Shown: positions 1 through 9,336, counted from the stretch's first letter. The stretch: DNA of 32,000 nt from an uncultured Actinomycetes bacterium (GCA_963843975.1 CAWJMG010000003.1:2280001-2312000), one strand, 5' to 3'. Program-made: numbers and translations. Notes: generated from the letters alone by a model not told the origin.

Positions 1-733
1 GGTCGACCCACGTGATCGTCGTCCCCGACGGTGCCACCACGGCCAGGACGTCGGCGAGCATGTCGCCGAACGTGTACGGCGGCTCCGGCGAGACCGCGTG
101 GAACGTGCCGGCGACGTCCTTCTCGACGAGGTCGATGCAGAAGCGGCCGAGGTCGCGCGCGTCGATCACCTGCAGCGGGTCGTCGGGGTCGCCCGGCCCG
201 AGCACCTCTCCACCCTCGGACAGCCGCCGCACCCAGTGCGTGAACCGCTGGGTGTGGTCCCACGGCCCGACGACGTACGTCGGACGCACGACCGTGGCGC
301 GCTCGCCGAGCAGCGCTCGCGCTGCCTCCTCGCACGCGACCTTCAGCGGGCCGTATGTCGTGTCGGTGACGACGTCGACGTCGTCGCCCGCCGCCGGCAC
401 CACGGGCGACGACTCGTCGAACCCCGGGCCGGCGGGCTCGGCGTACACCGACGTCGAGGAGATGAGGAGGTAGCGGCCGGCCCGCTCGCCGAGCGCGCCG
501 ACGACGTGCCGCACCTGACGCGGGAAGTACGCGCACATGTCGAGCGTGGCGTCGAACTCCCGGCCGTCGAGCGCCGACAGGTCGCCGTCCCGGTCGGTCA
601 GCACATGCTCGGCCCCGGGGAACAGCTCGGATGGCGTGCGGTGCAGCAACGTCACCGTGTGACCGCGACGCAGCGCAGCCTCGACGACGTGCCTGCCCAC
701 GAACCGCGTGCCGCCGATCACGAGCAGCTTCAT
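1..733 (-). CDS. NAD(P)-binding epimerase/dehydratase (atypical SDR / NmrA-like) family protein; C-terminus lies beyond the window edge
   Basis: Manual translation of the minus strand from the ATG at 733-731 gives MKLLVIGGTRFVGRHVVEAALRRGHTVTLLHRT..., with a GxxGxxG Rossmann motif. The frame stays open to the window edge, which is why it is absent from the ORF track. Third-position GC is high. The start overlaps the stop of the upstream HAD gene (ATGA). Confidence 0.75.
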   Translation of the reverse strand, partial: MKLLVIGGTRFVGRHVVEAALRRGHTVTLLHRTPSELFPGAEHVLTDRDGDLSALDGREFDATLDMCAYFPRQVRHVVGALGERAGRYLLISSTSVYAEPAGPGFDESSPVVPAAGDDVDVVTDTTYGPLKVACEEAARALLGERATVVRPTYVVGPWDHTQRFTHWVRRLSEGGEVLGPGDPDDPLQVIDARDLGRFCIDLVEKDVAGTFHAVSPEPPYTFGDMLADVLAVVAPSGTTITWVD

Positions 734-1368
734 GCCGTCTCCTCCTGGGGCGCCGCAGCGCCGTCGAGCCATGCGCGCCACCACGGCACGAAGGTGGTCA
801 GGTCGTCGAGGACGACGTCGGCGCCGGCCTCCTCCAGCTCGGCCGCCGTCGTCGGACCGGTCGCGACCGCGACGGCCACGGCGCCGGCACCGCGCGCGCC
901 GAGCACGTCGCCCGGGTGGTCGCCGACGTAGACCTCGGCGTCGACCGCGCGCAGCGACTCGGACTTGCCCTCGGCGAACCGCTCGCCGACGACGTCCGCG
1001 ACGAGATGGTCGAGGTCGACCGACTGCAGCACCGCGCGCACGTGCGTGTCCTTCTTGGCGCTCACGACGAGGACGGAGAAGCCGTCGGCCACGACCGACT
1101 CCAGCGCCTCGCGCGCCCCCGGCAGCACGTCGTGCATGGCGAGACCGTGGCTGAGGTAGCGCGCGCGGTAGACCTCGAGGGCCTCGTCGTACGGGACTCC
1201 GGGCACGAGCTGGGGGAACACGATGTCGAGCGGCAGGCCGAGCGTGGCGCGCAGCCACTCCTCGTCGATGGGCACGTCCCACCGCCGCCCGACCGCCGCG
1301 ACGCTGTCGACGATCGCCTCGGACGAGTCGACGAGGGTCATGTCCAGATCGAAGCCCACAACGCGCAC
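730..1368 (-). CDS. HAD-superfamily hydrolase (phosphoglycolate-phosphatase-like)
   Basis: Track ORF 730..1368. The N-terminal FDLDMTLVDS carries the HAD motif I (DxD). A later GDHPGD motif is typical of HAD motif IV. There is a 4-nt overlap with the downstream epimerase gene. Confidence 0.85.
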   Translation of the reverse strand: MRVVGFDLDMTLVDSSEAIVDSVAAVGRRWDVPIDEEWLRATLGLPLDIVFPQLVPGVPYDEALEVYRARYLSHGLAMHDVLPGAREALESVVADGFSVLVVSAKKDTHVRAVLQSVDLDHLVADVVGERFAEGKSESLRAVDAEVYVGDHPGDVLGARGAGAVAVAVATGPTTAAELEEAGADVVLDDLTTFVPWWRAWLDGAAAPQEETA

Positions 1369-1464
1369 GGAGCGACCCTACGGCCCTCTCGGCGCCTGGC
1401 CCGGGCAGCGCAGCGCGATCCGTCGGTTCGCTGGTACGGCGGGGGCACGCGTAGGTTGGGGCGG

Positions 1465-3915
1465 ATGACCACTCGAGCGCCGGGCGCTGCGGGAGGTGCG
1501 ACGCCGCGTCGGCGCAGCACCTCGTCCCCCGCGCGCCCGACCGCCGCGCCGACCGCGCCGCCGCGGTCGCTCGCCGAGGACCTGCGGGCCCGCAGCGACG
1601 ACGACATCGCGGCCCTGCTCGCGGCACGACCCGACCTCGTGCACCCGGTGCCGGCCGATCTCGGCGCCCTGGCCACCCGCGCAACCACGGGTCCGTCCAC
1701 CGCCCGCGCCCTCGACCGCCTCGACGTGTTCGCGCTGCAGGTCACCACGGCGCTGGCTGCGCTCGGCGAGCCGGCCGACGTGCGCCTGCTGCTGTCCGGC
1801 CTCCCTGACGCCGACCCCGCGCAGGTGCAGGAGGTCGTCGACCGGCTGCGCACCCTGGCCCTGCTCTGGGGCGAGGACGACGACCTCCACCTCGTGCGGC
1901 CGGTCCGTGAGGCGCTCGGCACCTACCCGGCCGGCCTCGGCCCGGCCATGGCCGACGCGCGCCGGGGGGTGGCGGCGTACGCCGAGGACCCGACCCTGGT
2001 CGAGCGCACCCTGGCCGACGCCCCCGAAGGCGCCCGCGAGGCGCTCGAACGGCTGCTCTGGAGCTCACCCGTCGGACGCGTCGAGGGCGCCGACCGTCCC
2101 GTCGCCGTCGAGACCGCACGCACACCCGTCGAATGGCTGCTCGCACGTCACCTGCTCGAGCCGATCGGCAGCGACACGGTCGTCGTCCCCCGCGAGGTCG
2201 CGCTGCCGCTGCGCGGCGGCGTGCTCGTGCGCGGTCTCGAGCCCGCGGCGCCGTCGGTCGACCACTCCGACCGCGCGCCGGCCCTCGTCGACCGCACCGC
2301 GGGTCAGCAGGCCTTCACCTTCGTGCGCCTGGTCGAGGACCTCCTCGAGGCGTGGTCGGCGGCCCCGCCGAGCGTGCTGCGCAGCGGCGGGCTCAGCGTG
2401 CGCGATCTCGCACGCACCGCGCAGATGCTCGACGCCGACGAGGAGGGCGCCACCCTCGTCATCGAGACCGCCTACGCCGCAGGGCTGCTCGCGGCCGACG
2501 GCGAGGTCGACGAGGTCTGGGCCCCCACCCCGGCCTACGACTCGTGGCTCACGCGGTCGACGGCCGAGCGCTGGACCCTGCTCGCCCAGACGTGGCTCCT
2601 CATGACGCGGACCCCGGTGCTCGTCGCGGGCCGCGACGACACCGGCGCGCGCGTCAACGCGCTCTCGCGCGACCTCGACCGCGCGCTCGCCCCCGAGGGG
2701 CGCCGTGCCGTGCTGGACGAGCTGGTCGCGCTCGAGCCGGGTCAGTCGCCGTCGCACCACGCACTGCTCGAACGCCTCCGCTGGCGGCGTCCCCGGCGTG
2801 TCTCCCCGCTGTGGCACGCCATCGTCGAGACCGCGCCCGAGGAGGCCGAACGCATCGGCGTGACGGGGCTCGGCTCGCTCTCGACCCACGGCCGGCTCCT
2901 GCTCACCTCGACCCTCCCGGACGAGGCGTCCAACGAGGCCCGGGCCGCGGCCCGGATGCCGGGACGCGCCGCCGTCCCGGCCGACGTCGCCGCCGCCGTC
3001 AACGCCGTGCTGCCCGAGCCGCTCGACCACGTGCTCCTGCAGGCAGACCTCACCGCCGTCGCACCAGGACCGCTGGAGGGCTCGCTCGCGCGCGAGATCG
3101 CGCTCATGGCGGACGTCGAGTCCACCGGCGGTGCCACCGTCTACCGCTTCACCGAGGCCACGATCCGTCGCGCGCTCGACGCCGGGCGCAGCGCCACCGA
3201 CATCCTTGCGATGCTCAGCACCCGGTCGCGCACACCGGTGCCGCAGCCGCTCGAGTACCTCATCAACGACGCCTCCCGCCGGCACGGCGCACTGCGCGTG
3301 GGCGTCGCGTCGGCGTACCTCCGCTGCGACGACCCCGCGACTGTCTCCGCGGTCCTCGCCGACCGCAAGCTCGCCGCGCTGCGCCTCACCCGCATCGCCG
3401 ACACCGTGATCGCCTCGGCGTCGCCGGTCGACCTGGTGCTCGACAAGCTCCGCGAGGCCGGCTACTCCCCCAGCGCAGAGAACGCCGAGGGCGCGGTCGT
3501 CGTACGCCGGCCGGGCGCGCGGCGCACACCGACGCGACCGCGACCGCCGCGCATGTCGGGCGAGCCGCCCGCGCCCACGGACGCACTGCTGTCGGCAGCC
3601 GTCCGCGCGCTGCGGGCGGGCGAGACCGCGGCAGCGCACCGGCCGCCGACGATCTCCGAGACCGGCGGCAGCGGACGCCTCCCGCGGTCCACGACCAGCG
3701 AGACGATGGCCGAGCTGCGCGACGCCCTGGACCGTCAGAAGGCAGTCTGGATCGGGTACGCCGACTCGACGGGCACGGCCACCGAGCGCGTCGTCGAGCC
3801 GCTGCGGCTCGAGGGCGGCTTCCTCACGGCGTACGACCTGCGCACCGCAGAGGTGCGCACGTTCACGGTCGCCCGGATCACCGGCGTCGCCGCCGTGGCC
3901 GACAAGGCTCCCTGA
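1465..3915 (+). CDS. Helicase-associated protein (XPB N-terminal-like domain, WYL-like C-terminus), the usual partner of actinobacterial XPB
   Basis: In-frame ATG at 1465 inside track ORF 631..3915; the upstream 278 codons are antisense to the HAD gene. The segment GATVYRFTEATIRRALDAGRSATDILAMLSTRSRTPVPQPLEYLINDASRRHGALRVG resembles the XPB/Ssl2 N-terminal domain. The C-terminal AVWIGYADSTGTATERVVEPLRLEGGFLTAYDLRTAEVRTFTVARI follows the WYL-domain pattern. The start codon is uncertain. Confidence 0.75.
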   Translation: MTTRAPGAAGGATPRRRSTSSPARPTAAPTAPPRSLAEDLRARSDDDIAALLAARPDLVHPVPADLGALATRATTGPSTARALDRLDVFALQVTTALAALGEPADVRLLLSGLPDADPAQVQEVVDRLRTLALLWGEDDDLHLVRPVREALGTYPAGLGPAMADARRGVAAYAEDPTLVERTLADAPEGAREALERLLWSSPVGRVEGADRPVAVETARTPVEWLLARHLLEPIGSDTVVVPREVALPLRGGVLVRGLEPAAPSVDHSDRAPALVDRTAGQQAFTFVRLVEDLLEAWSAAPPSVLRSGGLSVRDLARTAQMLDADEEGATLVIETAYAAGLLAADGEVDEVWAPTPAYDSWLTRSTAERWTLLAQTWLLMTRTPVLVAGRDDTGARVNALSRDLDRALAPEGRRAVLDELVALEPGQSPSHHALLERLRWRRPRRVSPLWHAIVETAPEEAERIGVTGLGSLSTHGRLLLTSTLPDEASNEARAAARMPGRAAVPADVAAAVNAVLPEPLDHVLLQADLTAVAPGPLEGSLAREIALMADVESTGGATVYRFTEATIRRALDAGRSATDILAMLSTRSRTPVPQPLEYLINDASRRHGALRVGVASAYLRCDDPATVSAVLADRKLAALRLTRIADTVIASASPVDLVLDKLREAGYSPSAENAEGAVVVRRPGARRTPTRPRPPRMSGEPPAPTDALLSAAVRALRAGETAAAHRPPTISETGGSGRLPRSTTSETMAELRDALDRQKAVWIGYADSTGTATERVVEPLRLEGGFLTAYDLRTAEVRTFTVARITGVAAVADKAP

Positions 3916-4046
3916 CCGACCGTTCAGATCCCGTGTGGTTCGTACTGCTTTCGTGACCGTGCGGTGGACTCCACCCTCGCATCGCTGTGCAATGGTGCGG
4001 CGGGGGCCAGAGCGACCCGACGTGCGACTGCAGTCCGGGGGTGCAG

Positions 4047-7001
4047 ATGGGGACGAGGGAGTCCACGCGGACGACCACGTCCTCCTGGCACCGCTACCGC
4101 ATGATCGCGGACAACTCCTCGGACGTCGTCTACGAGACGACCCCGGACGGCATCGTCCAGTGGGTGTCGCCCGGCATCGAGCAGCTCCTCGGCCTGACGC
4201 CCGCGCAGTTCCGAGGCACGAGTGCGCGCGACCACGTGCACCCCGACGACCTCGGCATGGTCGACCAGCTGCGCCAGACCGTCTACAGCGGCGCCGAGCT
4301 CGACGAGATCCCCTGCCGCTTCCGCAGGGCCGACGGCACCTTCCGCAGCTGCACCGTCCGCGCTCGACCGGTCCGCGGCGCCGACGGCATCATCGTCGGG
4401 GCCGTCATGGCCCTGCGCGACGCCCACGCCCAGGCCGCCGCCCTCCGCGCGCTCACGACGCTCTCCCGCGCGAACGGCGTCCTCATCCGCGAGCGCACCG
4501 AGATCGACCTGCTGCACGAGACCTGCCGCGCGATCGTCGAGACGGGCCACTACCGCGTCGCCGGCTACGCCCGGAAGGTCCACGACGAGGAGCGCTCGGT
4601 GCAGCACGTGACCGTCGCAGGTCCGGGCTCGGAGGCCGTCTTCACGTCGGCGACCTACTGGCGTGACGACTACCGCCACCTCGGCCTCACCGCACCCGCC
4701 CTGATCACCGGGGAGACGCAGGTGCTGAACGACCTCGGCGTGGCGCCCGAGACGGCGCCCTGGCACGAGATCACCGAACGGTTCGGCCTGCGCGCTGGCA
4801 TCGCACTCCCCGTGCGGGCCTTCGACGAGGTGGACGGGGTCCTCGTGGTCTACGCCGACGAGGTCGGCGTCTTCGACGACATGGCTCAGCAGGTCTTCGA
4901 GGACCTCGCCGCAGACCTGGGCTACGGGCTCGAGCGCATCCAGGACGCCGCAGAGCTGGCCGCGAGCCACGGGCGGGAGCACGACCACAGGCTTCGGCTC
5001 GCCGGGATCCTCGACGCGCAGATCGATCCGCTCGTGCTGCTCGAGGCCGTCCGCGACGAGGGCGGCGCGATCGTCGACCTGCGGTACACCGAGGCCAACA
5101 CGGCTGCTCTCGCCTACAACGGGCTCACGCCGGACCAGCAGCTCGGACGCCTCTTCAGCGAGATGCACCCGGCGCTGACCCCCAACGGCGTGGCCCGTCG
5201 CTACATGGACGTGATCGAGACCGGCGAACCCGTCATCCTCGACGACTACTCCTACGCGAACCCGAACGTCGACGGCCAGATCCGCAGGTACGACATCCGC
5301 GCGATGAAGTGCGGCGACGGCGTCACCCTGACCTGGCGTGACGTGACCGACCGCTACCTTGCCGCCCAGCGCATCAGCGAGAGCGAGCACCGCTACCGGA
5401 TCCTCACCGAGAACGCCGCCGACGTCGTCTGGGAGACGGCCGCCGACGGCAGCCTCGCCTGGGTGTCCGAGAGCATCACGCGCGTCCTCGGCTGGCTGCC
5501 CGGGGACCTGCTCGGCCGGCCCACGGTCGACCTGTTCCATCCCGACGACCGCGACCGCGCGGCCCACAACCGCGACCTGGTGCTCACCGGAACCACTGTG
5601 CACGAGGAGCTCCGCCTGCTCACCGCTGACGGAGGTCACCGGTGGATGGCCCTCACCGCACAGCGCTTCCACCGCGACGGCGTGCCGCTGCGCATCGTCT
5701 CGCTGCGCGACATCCACAACGAGGTGGAGGGCCGCGCCCGGCTCGAGCACGCCAACCGCCACGACCCGCTCACCGGCCTCGTCACCCGGGCGGTCATGCG
5801 CCGGCGCGTCCAGCGCGCGCTCGACGACGGCGAGGGAGTGACGGCCGTGCTCAAGCTGGGGGTGGACGGTCTCGCCCACGTCAACGCCGCGCTCGGGCAC
5901 GCAGCCGGCGACCGCGTCCTCGCCATCGTCGCCGAGCGCGTCGTCGCAGTCGTGGGCGACCTGGACGCCGTGGGTCGCGGCTCGGGCGACGAGCTCATCG
6001 TTCTCGCGACCGGTCTCACGGACGGGTCCGGCGCCGGGTACCTCGCCGACTCCATGCGCGACGCCGTGCGCGCACCCGTCGATGTCGCCGGCCACGAGCT
6101 GATGCCCACGATCACCGTGGGCATCGCGACGTCCGACCGCGACCACTCCCGATCGGCCGAGGCCATGCTCGGTGCGGCAGGCATCGCCATGCGCGACGCC
6201 AAGAACCTGAGCCCGGACCGCTCCGCGTTCGTCGACCCGGCGCTGGCGAGGACCGCGGCCCGCCGGCTCGAGATCGAGACGAGGCTGCGCACCGCGATCG
6301 CTGCTGGGCACCTGCGCCCGTGGTTCCAGCCCGTCGTGGTGATCGGTAGCGGCGAGGTCGTGGGCTACGAGGCCCTCGTGCGCTGGTTCGAGCCCGACGG
6401 CGCCGTCGTCTACCCCGACGAGTTCCTGCCGGTCGCCGAGCGCAGCCTCATGGTCGTCGACCTCGACCGGTCGGTGGTGGCGCAGAGCATCGAGGCCCTG
6501 CGCACGCTGCCGGCGTCCCAGCATGTGGCCGTGAACGTGTCTGCCGCATCGCTGAGCGCACCCGGCTACGCCGCCTACGTCGAGGACCTCCTGTCGGCAG
6601 CGGGGGTGGCGCCGTCACGTCTCGTGCTCGAGGTGACCGAGACCGCGCTGCTCCAGGGTGTCGACGGCGTTCACGATGCGATGCAGCAGCTCGCCGGCCT
6701 CGGAGTCCGCTGGTACGTAGACGACTTCGGCACCGGCTACTCCTCGATCGCGCATCTGCGCGACCTCCCCGTGGCCGGCCTGAAGCTCGACAGATCCTTC
6801 ACCAGCGGCATCGGCGAGGGCGACGAGACGTGCCTCCGGCTCGCCCAGGCGTTGGCAGGCCTCGCAGACGGGCTGGGGCTCGACACCGTGGCAGAGGGGG
6901 TGGAGACCGGGGCCGAGCAGGCTGCTCTCGCCGCGCAGGGCTGGCGGCACGGGCAAGGATGGCTCTACGGCAAGGCCGGGCCGCTGCCTGAGAACGGTTG
7001 A
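4047..7001 (+). CDS. Multi-sensor c-di-GMP signalling protein: PAS-GAF-PAS-PAS-GGDEF(degenerate)-EAL
   Basis: Track ORF 3987..7001. The start is placed at ATG 4047, after a G-rich Shine-Dalgarno-like stretch. PAS-like repeats include SDVVYETTPDGIVQWVSPG and ADVVWETAADGSLAWVSES. The GGDEF position reads SGDEL. EAL-domain signatures present: YEALVRW, EVTE, DDFGTGYSS, KLDRSF, EGVET and QGWLYGKA. Confidence 0.85.
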   Translation: MGTRESTRTTTSSWHRYRMIADNSSDVVYETTPDGIVQWVSPGIEQLLGLTPAQFRGTSARDHVHPDDLGMVDQLRQTVYSGAELDEIPCRFRRADGTFRSCTVRARPVRGADGIIVGAVMALRDAHAQAAALRALTTLSRANGVLIRERTEIDLLHETCRAIVETGHYRVAGYARKVHDEERSVQHVTVAGPGSEAVFTSATYWRDDYRHLGLTAPALITGETQVLNDLGVAPETAPWHEITERFGLRAGIALPVRAFDEVDGVLVVYADEVGVFDDMAQQVFEDLAADLGYGLERIQDAAELAASHGREHDHRLRLAGILDAQIDPLVLLEAVRDEGGAIVDLRYTEANTAALAYNGLTPDQQLGRLFSEMHPALTPNGVARRYMDVIETGEPVILDDYSYANPNVDGQIRRYDIRAMKCGDGVTLTWRDVTDRYLAAQRISESEHRYRILTENAADVVWETAADGSLAWVSESITRVLGWLPGDLLGRPTVDLFHPDDRDRAAHNRDLVLTGTTVHEELRLLTADGGHRWMALTAQRFHRDGVPLRIVSLRDIHNEVEGRARLEHANRHDPLTGLVTRAVMRRRVQRALDDGEGVTAVLKLGVDGLAHVNAALGHAAGDRVLAIVAERVVAVVGDLDAVGRGSGDELIVLATGLTDGSGAGYLADSMRDAVRAPVDVAGHELMPTITVGIATSDRDHSRSAEAMLGAAGIAMRDAKNLSPDRSAFVDPALARTAARRLEIETRLRTAIAAGHLRPWFQPVVVIGSGEVVGYEALVRWFEPDGAVVYPDEFLPVAERSLMVVDLDRSVVAQSIEALRTLPASQHVAVNVSAASLSAPGYAAYVEDLLSAAGVAPSRLVLEVTETALLQGVDGVHDAMQQLAGLGVRWYVDDFGTGYSSIAHLRDLPVAGLKLDRSFTSGIGEGDETCLRLAQALAGLADGLGLDTVAEGVETGAEQAALAAQGWRHGQGWLYGKAGPLPENG

Positions 7002-7040
7002 GCTGTTCGGGTGATCCTGGGAGCCGTCGGCTCCGAGCGG

Positions 7041-7232
7041 TCAGCGCCAGGTGGACAGGGTGCGGCGGGCGACCGTCGTCGCCTGCTCGTTGCCGGGCTC
7101 GGCAAGATGATCTCGCGCGGCGTCGTTGGCGCGCAGCCGCTGACCCTCCGCCGTCATCCGACGGGACTTGGCCCTGTCCGCGACATCGCGGGGGGAACGG
7201 TGGAAGCTCCTGGTCGAAGACTCGTGGCGCAT
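7041..7232 (-). CDS. Small basic hypothetical protein (63 aa)
   Basis: ATG at 7232-7230, with an AGGAGG Shine-Dalgarno site (complement of 7240-7245) 7 nt upstream. Product: MRHESSTRSFHRSPRDVADRAKSRRMTAEGQRLRANDAARDHLAEPGNEQATTVARRTLSTWR. It is the in-frame tail of track ORF 7041..7556, whose upstream part overlaps the racemase gene. No family recognised. Confidence 0.5.
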   Translation of the reverse strand: MRHESSTRSFHRSPRDVADRAKSRRMTAEGQRLRANDAARDHLAEPGNEQATTVARRTLSTWR

Positions 7233-7347
7233 CGTGCACCTCCTGGGGTGATCCCAGAGTACGCCTCGCGCACGGGCGGATGCAGCGCGAGAACCGCCAG
7301 GCGGACGCGACGCGGCATCGCCGAGATCCGCTGGTAACCGGGGGATC

Positions 7348-8455
7348 TCAGGCCAGGACGTGCCGCGAGACGGTGAGCTCCTCGAGCACCTCGGGCAGCG
7401 GCTCGACGCCGAGCCCAGGCCCGGTCGGGACGCCGATGCGGCCGTCGACGAGCACGAACGGCTCGGTGACGTCGCGGGTGAAGAACCGGTCGCTCCCGCT
7501 CGTGTCGCCGGGCAGCGTGAAGCCGGGCAGCGAGGCCAGCGCGATGTTGGCCGCACGGCCGATGCCCGTCTCCACCATCCCGCCGCACCACACGGGGATG
7601 CCGCGCTCGACGGCGAGGTCGTGGATCGCGCGCGCGGACAGGTAGCCGCCGACGCGGCCGGCCTTGATGTTGACCACCTCGCAGGCGCCGTAGTCGATGA
7701 GGAACTCGGCGTTCTCCGCCGAGAGCACCGACTCGTCGAGGCACATCGGCGTCGCCATCCGCTCTGCGAGGAGCTTGTGGCCGAGCACGTCGTCCTCGTG
7801 CAGCGGCTGCTCGATCAGGAGGAGCCCGAACTCGTCGAGCTGCGCGAGGTGCTCGATGTCCGCCCGGCTGTATGCCTGGTTCGCGTCCACCTGCAACGGG
7901 ATGTGGGGGTAGCGCTCGCGGATGACGCGCGTGGGCACGACGTCCCAGCCGGGCTCGATCTTCAGCTTGATGCGCTGGTAGCCCTGGGCCACGTACCCGT
8001 CGACCTCGGCGGTCAGGGTGTCGAGCGAGTCGTCGGCCGGGATGCCGACCGACACCCCGCAGTCGACCTCCTCGCGCACGCTGCCGAGGTACGACGCGAA
8101 CGACTGCCCACGCGAACGAAGCGCGGCGTCGACCACCGCCAGCTCGAGGGCGGCCTTCGCCATGGGGTGGCCGCGCACCGGGCCGAGCAGCGCCGGCACC
8201 TCCTCGGCCTCGAGGTCGACCCCGCGCAGCCGCGGCAGGAGGAACTCACGCATGACCTCGAGCGCGCCGTCGTTGTACTCGTGGCTGTAGAGCGGCTGCG
8301 TCATGGCGACGCACTCCCCCCAGCCGGTCACACCGTCGGACGTCGTGCAGCTCGACGATCAGGACGTCCTTGTGGTGCTCGACGGCGAACGACGTACGGA
8401 ACGGCCGCACGAGCGGCAGCGCCGCCCGGTGGACGACGACGTTCTCGATCCTCAT
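7348..8455 (-). pseudogene. N-succinylamino-acid racemase / o-succinylbenzoate synthase (enolase superfamily), interrupted by a 1-nt frameshift near 8345
   Basis: The N-terminus MRIENVVVHRAALPLVRPFRTSFAVEHHKDVLIVELH is in the frame of track ORF 8246..8557, starting at ATG 8455 with a GGAGGAG Shine-Dalgarno site. The rest, TTSDGVTGWGECVAMTQPLYSHEYNDG..., is in the frame of ORF 7348..8331. Total span is 1108 nt, i.e. 3n+1. Catalytic signatures are retained: KLKIEPGWD, QVDAN, LIEQP, CLDES, VNIKAGRVGG. The sequence closely resembles the Amycolatopsis NAAAR/NSAR sequence as I remember it. Confidence 0.8.
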
Positions 8456-9336
8456 GCGTTCTCCTCCACGACGTAGCAGCCGTCGGTCGTGAGACCGACG
8501 ACCTGTGCCTCGCCCAGTGCGACCGGGGCCAGCGCCTCGCGGACCGCGAGGCGCCATGCACGAGCGAGCCCGCCGTCACGACGGCGGATGTCGACGATGT
8601 CGCCGGGCAGCGCGACCAGGGTCGTGCGCGCGGACGACGGGACGACGTGCGGCTCGCCGTCCTCGCCCACGACCAGCGCATCCTCGGCGTCCTCGGCGAG
8701 CAGGTCGGCCCTCGTCACGGCCGGCACGGCTCCGCCGAGCGCCTCGGCGACGCGGTCGGACGCGACGTCCCACTGCGCCAGGAGCCGGTCACTCGGCTCT
8801 CCGGCGTTGAGGGCGTCGTCCATCCGGCCGTAGAAGTCGACGAGGTAGTCGGCCGCGACCGCGCCGAGCTTCACCAGGTTGAGGCGCGCGTTGCGGCGTA
8901 CCAGAGGGTCGAACGTCCAGACCACGCGGTCGACGTCGTGCTCGAGCGCCCAGGCCCGTTGGTGCAGCTTGAGCGCCGTGCCGATCCCGCGGTCGGCGTT
9001 GCCGGGCGTCGCCGCCGCGATGTGCGAGTGCAGGTGCGTGTGCCAGCCGGCGTCCTCGCGCGTGCGGCCGAGGAAGGCGAGGCACGACCCCACCATGACG
9101 CCGCCGGCGTAGGCACCCGAGACGTACCCGCCGGCGTGCTCGATCGCGCGGATGAGGTTGCCCGTGATCTCGGTGGCGCCCGGCACCGTGGGCCACACGG
9201 CGTCCCAGACGCCGCGGGCGCGCTCGAGCTCGTCGAGGGTGTCGAGGGCGCGCACCTCGACACCGGCCCGTTCGGCAGCGGCGTGCGCGTCCGACCAGGC
9301 GGAGGCGAGCCGCTCCGCGCTGACGACGGCGGTCAC
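8452..9336 (-). CDS. GNAT-fold acyltransferase-like protein (two-domain, COG3375-like)
   Basis: This is the C-terminal 294 codons of track ORF 8452..10047. A GTG start at 9336-9334 overlaps the stop of the VOC gene (GTGA). The stop overlaps the racemase start (ATGA). GNAT motif A-like segment: NADRGIGTALKLHQRAWALEHDVDRVVWTFDPLVRRNARLNLVKLG. Confidence 0.7.
   Translation of the reverse strand: MTAVVSAERLASAWSDAHAAAERAGVEVRALDTLDELERARGVWDAVWPTVPGATEITGNLIRAIEHAGGYVSGAYAGGVMVGSCLAFLGRTREDAGWHTHLHSHIAAATPGNADRGIGTALKLHQRAWALEHDVDRVVWTFDPLVRRNARLNLVKLGAVAADYLVDFYGRMDDALNAGEPSDRLLAQWDVASDRVAEALGGAVPAVTRADLLAEDAEDALVVGEDGEPHVVPSSARTTLVALPGDIVDIRRRDGGLARAWRLAVREALAPVALGEAQVVGLTTDGCYVVEENA

Noticed and set aside
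631-1464. 5' extension of the 1094-aa ORF (631..3915)
   Set aside because: The first 278 codons are antisense to the well-supported HAD gene and encode Arg/Ala/Gly-rich low-complexity sequence. Recognisable homology begins after ATG 1465.
3924-6524. 866-aa minus-strand ORF
   Set aside because: It is the mirror ORF of the PAS-GGDEF-EAL gene. It has no recognisable motifs and a composition typical of antisense frames in high-GC DNA.
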